Below are positions 63,601 to 64,000 of a DNA stretch of 64,000 bases, one piece after another (the first letter of the stretch is position 1; every line of letters begins with the position of its first letter). The stretch is from a virus (Duplodnaviria > Caudoviricetes). The notes under the pieces were generated by a model, which saw only the letters and a program-made list of their open reading frames with translations, searched no databases and was not told the origin of the DNA. The position numbers were made by a program, and so were the translations under genes. Where the stretch lies: positions 5,533 through 69,532 of IMG/VR virus record IMGVR_UViG_2663763509_000001. One strand, given 5' to 3'.

Positions 63601-63923
63601 ATATGAGTACTATATAGTTGATTAAATACTCTATTCTTTTGATTCTCTCTAGCTATTTGTTTATCAAATTGACTTAATTCAATTCTAGCTGTTTCTTTAG
63701 CTATTTCTAAATTAGTTTGTAAATCTAATCTTTGTTTATCATATTGATTTTTTATACTATCTTGAGTATTTAATAATTTAGTAATAGCATTATCTTGATC
63801 TATAATAGATTTTTTTATAGCTTCTGCTGAATTATAATTAGGTGATAGTCTTTCAGTTATTTCATCTACTGGAGATTTTAATTGATTTCTTATATGAGCA
63901 GTTAATTGATTATCTAAATCCAT
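51693..63923 (-). CDS. Virion-encapsidated RNA polymerase (N4 gp50-like), 4076 aa
   Basis: QGRV, motif A SIDGNATG, motif B RDLGKKILLAPLYGSG, motif C VYDG; HELIH motif; no Cys seen on reading. Confidence 0.93.
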   Translation of the reverse strand: MDLDNQLTAHIRNQLKSPVDEITERLSPNYNSAEAIKKSIIDQDNAITKLLNTQDSIKNQYDKQRLDLQTNLEIAKETARIELSQFDKQIARENQKNRVFNQLYSTHIMSYDEALEAVTQRLSTDKNIGTYSTGFSSAVVNGTISFIDSLANVVYFGDNPQGWNFERYFVDDYRSSYTDPKLVGDFWDKFSTMGGLEAVVYSLPEMATLVGPAGMIKGAKALKTLSNTAKISGLSPTQIAQLENASKLMLLGGTVITSVDLQRRSTDLAMSRAEATNTVLDRTGMDYLAGAAHLGLDYAGLALGLTAGKQVSKLVDKIPSSVRYSNPGKVTKGMAALGLGAVEEGITEIPQSYIEYQATKDYKGLSPLEVLTSDTQEAKDLREELGYAGVVGALGGTVFAGTGMAVSGTKSLTQNVKASRAPKVDDITKTETINTTQFKKFVNDNLGNLTNDIHSKAREINPDVNINDVSSGMTELSKAVSSRLIKHSEQVKGISEGDKNKLKNIKADLEKRLKEDPNNEEVKRQLDNVNEFFNDEYIAQAVVNIPNKYPELLPYLASNNKLSELTNLVNTAKSYKDFVDKLLPLMYESGITEQSIRDKFAEKFMPKEETKTEEESIDDDTFSLDNEEELTTQRKEDIKQPKKAKGFRRNQLNDIDLQNIENPKDLTPEQQAELDAINKEYGDIPKNRPFSESFQKNPLYTIKDNKKAYSKVVDEILEDINSRNLDLETKSAIALRILNESDNRLESEQVKQLIDSVDTGSIAYSDLVESSDMVIENDVKPDEKITSVLDEIQDKNFGIVDINYKELEQKQRELGNDLNEVIANSFRYLHKLLQDPNSDQNDIAKAREEFNNKLDYIRDTISKFEYVVNNPNKYNTLEVEKALSNLSVMNNILNTYLDRLNKTDRLLKGIQESQETKDTTLLETTISSLITKIKGKFNQILDWVLSNKNRLMNLDKTIVSNIASDLSIISAELKTMSEGISSIIKSADSNPRGIVIGSFAGQNIVANSPFNYANENLGLFINIFNKKFNTKGDLKQELSKALKSIFTLTNKNQFQKDYFNNVFYTLFGDITIDRGNVNTLRSNANKTTDFTDNEINEVLDKALNDPDKLNLIYASIMSVLQYINQSSSIATDVPSYISKSNRAITLNNSFTQLADIASDLMHLDIKDMDTLDGNKISSNVLKNEFGQLLLSIGSTILNHKVDDSNNNILGFKLNLTNYTDNVDKKTHIVMTIPLSEYDSNDPSMILKSVKEVQDRLESSRENKRDYAVSREPIKGINDKLLNKVGQDKRKVNTRVLSIFSKNLGVNSNNIEVLSNINDKVYSDVKRSRVSLFNNTDYYTRDSISSNYSLDIDKLNENDKLSVFNIFPIDKGDGTTEYFRITDKELLSNILKGNKGFSFNLNIIGDASQTHSKFDEDFRAFSELLSIDLANQGIIDHSIFKDNEPFYMSFTKQSQGRVDPNGSRYNYRLNKSLRNLLVLDNTDMNTYVDTKDPKHKLSLFIALNEALGNEVADAVLVDNNIEYVFTHNNQEYLVKDLLDAILDDSNLDTMTLTSINGINNEFNIKDFFDSRIKQSNVNKSHGYGFNEITNLDSFYRLSQGENVTKGDFILSIDGNATGVFESQLHILQSDPKFASYMGILSQFSPEYKSAKDFIISSNETKKELDVYTNAINRLMDGLSSISRDNTFMRLLDYYQGKNLKVRDLGKKILLAPLYGSGERASINGLINELKVHFTTEVIEGFKIFNDSGATTINEFLANNDLNTLLSNRLLAVKGSELTDQDNLLVDSIVSYFNYLDNIERKTNQNMFGGDLSNTLKLIDDFLLSDLEHLTFVSTQVDFKSSKDFINSTNNKDFIYSKEWMNNFQDTYSKMTELKRIITGLGNNGYYIDNKTNTLNRYDSKTKKSTPYKLYNNNVRLSKDSLDYLQNVFKNQNTTELYKLGILNRQILGDNTYNIVMLASKDKNNDPISRALDSIRGSRNASENANAIFSNIKEEILKGINNKVVIEVAKAINSNPEYKESLDISDSKIITHTSDKNGYLQYVINSNNMNVISLISNDLNKLTHSKVSDLLFELEDTKLQLGSSNSFMSTMFKNNVSTEEQAKMVKMYKGEIYNSLRNKVSLNVTKEGKYYTAKVFSNSSVPVVFADVVPLINHSIEAEVGRLLIGNGVNVSVYDGYSGSVFNLLDNANYWNKGFEQSGKTKDFNLIQILDKIKSNGEKVIGNTIKLNNRSLSALDDLSNQVNKFYNFGVNNIISLGSNKLSYGSFTEPKNIEKTYKAISRLYTGKDDTWNMNLPKIFETDLYKTKDINIIDNNTSFYDIEPNEEINLTEVSNLVDIVDLREEENLNNIQNDIIIDTINTDLYKKDKLYIANLKGLKKSNIPTTQYLLSYLNNKLFNNVRLLEENYDNSLNLNEDITNKSTRDKIDYVRRLSNNTKILDYIYSSGILGNQNNIIKFNIDVKGQLGNLTNILSNNELTSEDKITQIRELRINHKNKLDQIRRTKPIQFGYTKPVSIEFDEDFYNNIEQHLEESSPLLEQYMMVNDNTSVNPNRLFDIRSWDNIINTIKRSDNKPETLAAIKKFKNAFFVAKDNKNSTFNSFEDMVLSNDNYLNSLVFNRFKSYIPTLGENVSVHNVNIDGKSLQLSNILIENIVYPSIIRYYNSNLKDISNLVSNIVENDLVKLQNTLNRYNNINTMYIPKQSMKSINSNTSDTTSPDSDKRNQLGNRIDEDIEYTMFDEVDVSNIINQAKLDISKSNNTKYKEVSNKLLSFFNNMLNISKAYMSKDYNTSIKGQYDNANGILVLNKANLDNTTAYHELIHSATENALNSAYGDVQNIINSIDRIKNTVKASLDSNPDKLKELGITKDIYNSIFNDVSPSEFIAYFLSDERKFQYINNMKLYKSTIKNDLNLEGLSLGKKVIKISDAIVNLFFRGVSNIFTKREISKNLSLGEELANLTSNLSAFNKATKDTLVNTNADRSYVKAINKANSLFHRLTNGAIMTVDDYIKTYNLDEDKVKDEVMARRIQFLKGYNNMNNPFSKVAYIVLKGGYDFVIDPMSRKTYSEMIENIMITTDKALVKNLYDLYRDLRGYNKKSFGGIEHSLTQVNNVRTTLQRHLANSEKVHKDSINNLLEMYIPDIMENLRDKDRSFVVNGNKHTLFYNHRLKPTDKFKHNLGSVINVFKLHDFLIYDKDNKIDEEQLQTILNMLVANKNSKIWNLRSNYLYDKDNGAINLLYKVMENGKGSKELNQAIHNGLKHLAMSRITGQYSSLGFINVEDMLVTVIDKYNEKTNQKIRLDYKSDEYKSMIKMFKRYITSEAIYQSEIYDPRYHYDIANIKFSKNNIKWAFIDKNTGKLKENSTKLLKDLLINYRVLEDKNLKTISYNDEANKDLGNVQKRIKEYEEKGLDTSKLKELEKSIMENRLFSVTSDLDADNPYTAKYLDNRIANRYNNEVEMLSINFSLEDQLFRLKYGMEKSEMFNSLVNDLGYVTVDQLGLETEVPSKHNNKVMIFKKYGLFNKNETYSAYGKVEDDYYQRGFNLIDLYENGSSQYESIIKEAKRRKEYELNRLFSDTNSYKLLIGEYSANSEQFVQVGRNSNTYRIFPTRTFKDNVIDTGKEIDLVYAEMSKDTIKSMNYEINNTDIFESLMSANDYVRSLDRIKNLGLDLDNPKDEAELNRRGFVKLIDFENNSGDYQKYFSARDKDLFDKVYERYSYVNNKTYDRLWIPKEVIEGVFGFRDNLAKDIIDTLNISSKHKGSFTKFISKFDSVMKIASRESKDTTIVRNPGLTALDFTSNLATLSLLGVPAKDISASIPAITDSLTTYLSDETERVKLEQELSLYTHKQTLDDEEIKTMKELESKLNTINARIRSNRVHKLASKGLWTNIAEDADETNSNTIDKFINEVVLASPKLGNMVQKGIISKDLNETIKKTINELWLTNKSNLYQIMANWQRYTDFLPRQIVYEYYRDKLGYNDEDAFIEAQEIFVDYNSPIKSKILRNFDALGLAAFLKYYIRVHRTATKIFQKNPVGSIALIGLANILGIKSGLSALLETFVFRGLPSTIATIFTLNRYRFIF

Positions 63924-64000
63924 TTGTTCTTTTTGATTTAGAGCTTGCTCTCTAAGTCTATTTGTAGCTTCTAACTTTTCTATACTATTAGATAATTGAT
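63910..64000 (-). CDS. 3' end of upstream virion protein (N4 gp51 position), partial
   Basis: ...QLSNSIEKLEATNRLREQALNQKRTNGFR* overlapping the vRNAP ATG. Confidence 0.55.

Overview
Nearly the whole genome of a very AT-rich N4-like podophage (Schitoviridae layout), probably infecting Campylobacter or another epsilonproteobacterium (host inferred). Left arm (- strand): structural and packaging genes (N4 gp53-59-like proteins, major capsid, portal, lysis cassette, tail fibre, terminase). Middle (+ strand): early genes, YopX paralogs, ThyX, RNA polymerase II, family A DNA polymerase, primase, SSB, resolvase and a tRNA region. Right arm (- strand): Dps and a 4076-aa virion RNA polymerase. Four group I introns (two in RNAPII, two in DNA pol) and three inteins (two in TerL, one in ThyX) interrupt catalytic motifs. 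The best candidate for a new system is a phage-encoded ubiquitin-like conjugation locus at 35833-40021: an unannotated 50-aa tag ending KSGSGK, an E1/ThiF-like protein, an E2-like protein, and a JAB/MPN peptidase whose metal-binding motif is split over two ORFs. Other oddities: a gp67-like adaptor split into halves 6 kb apart, a fused gp15+gp16 RNAPII, an Ala-starting class 3-like intein, a TnpB omega-RNA relic, an orphan STAS gene with an ATPase scar, and a tRNA-shaped RNA with an enlarged anticodon arm. All family assignments come from motif recognition by eye; no database search was run.
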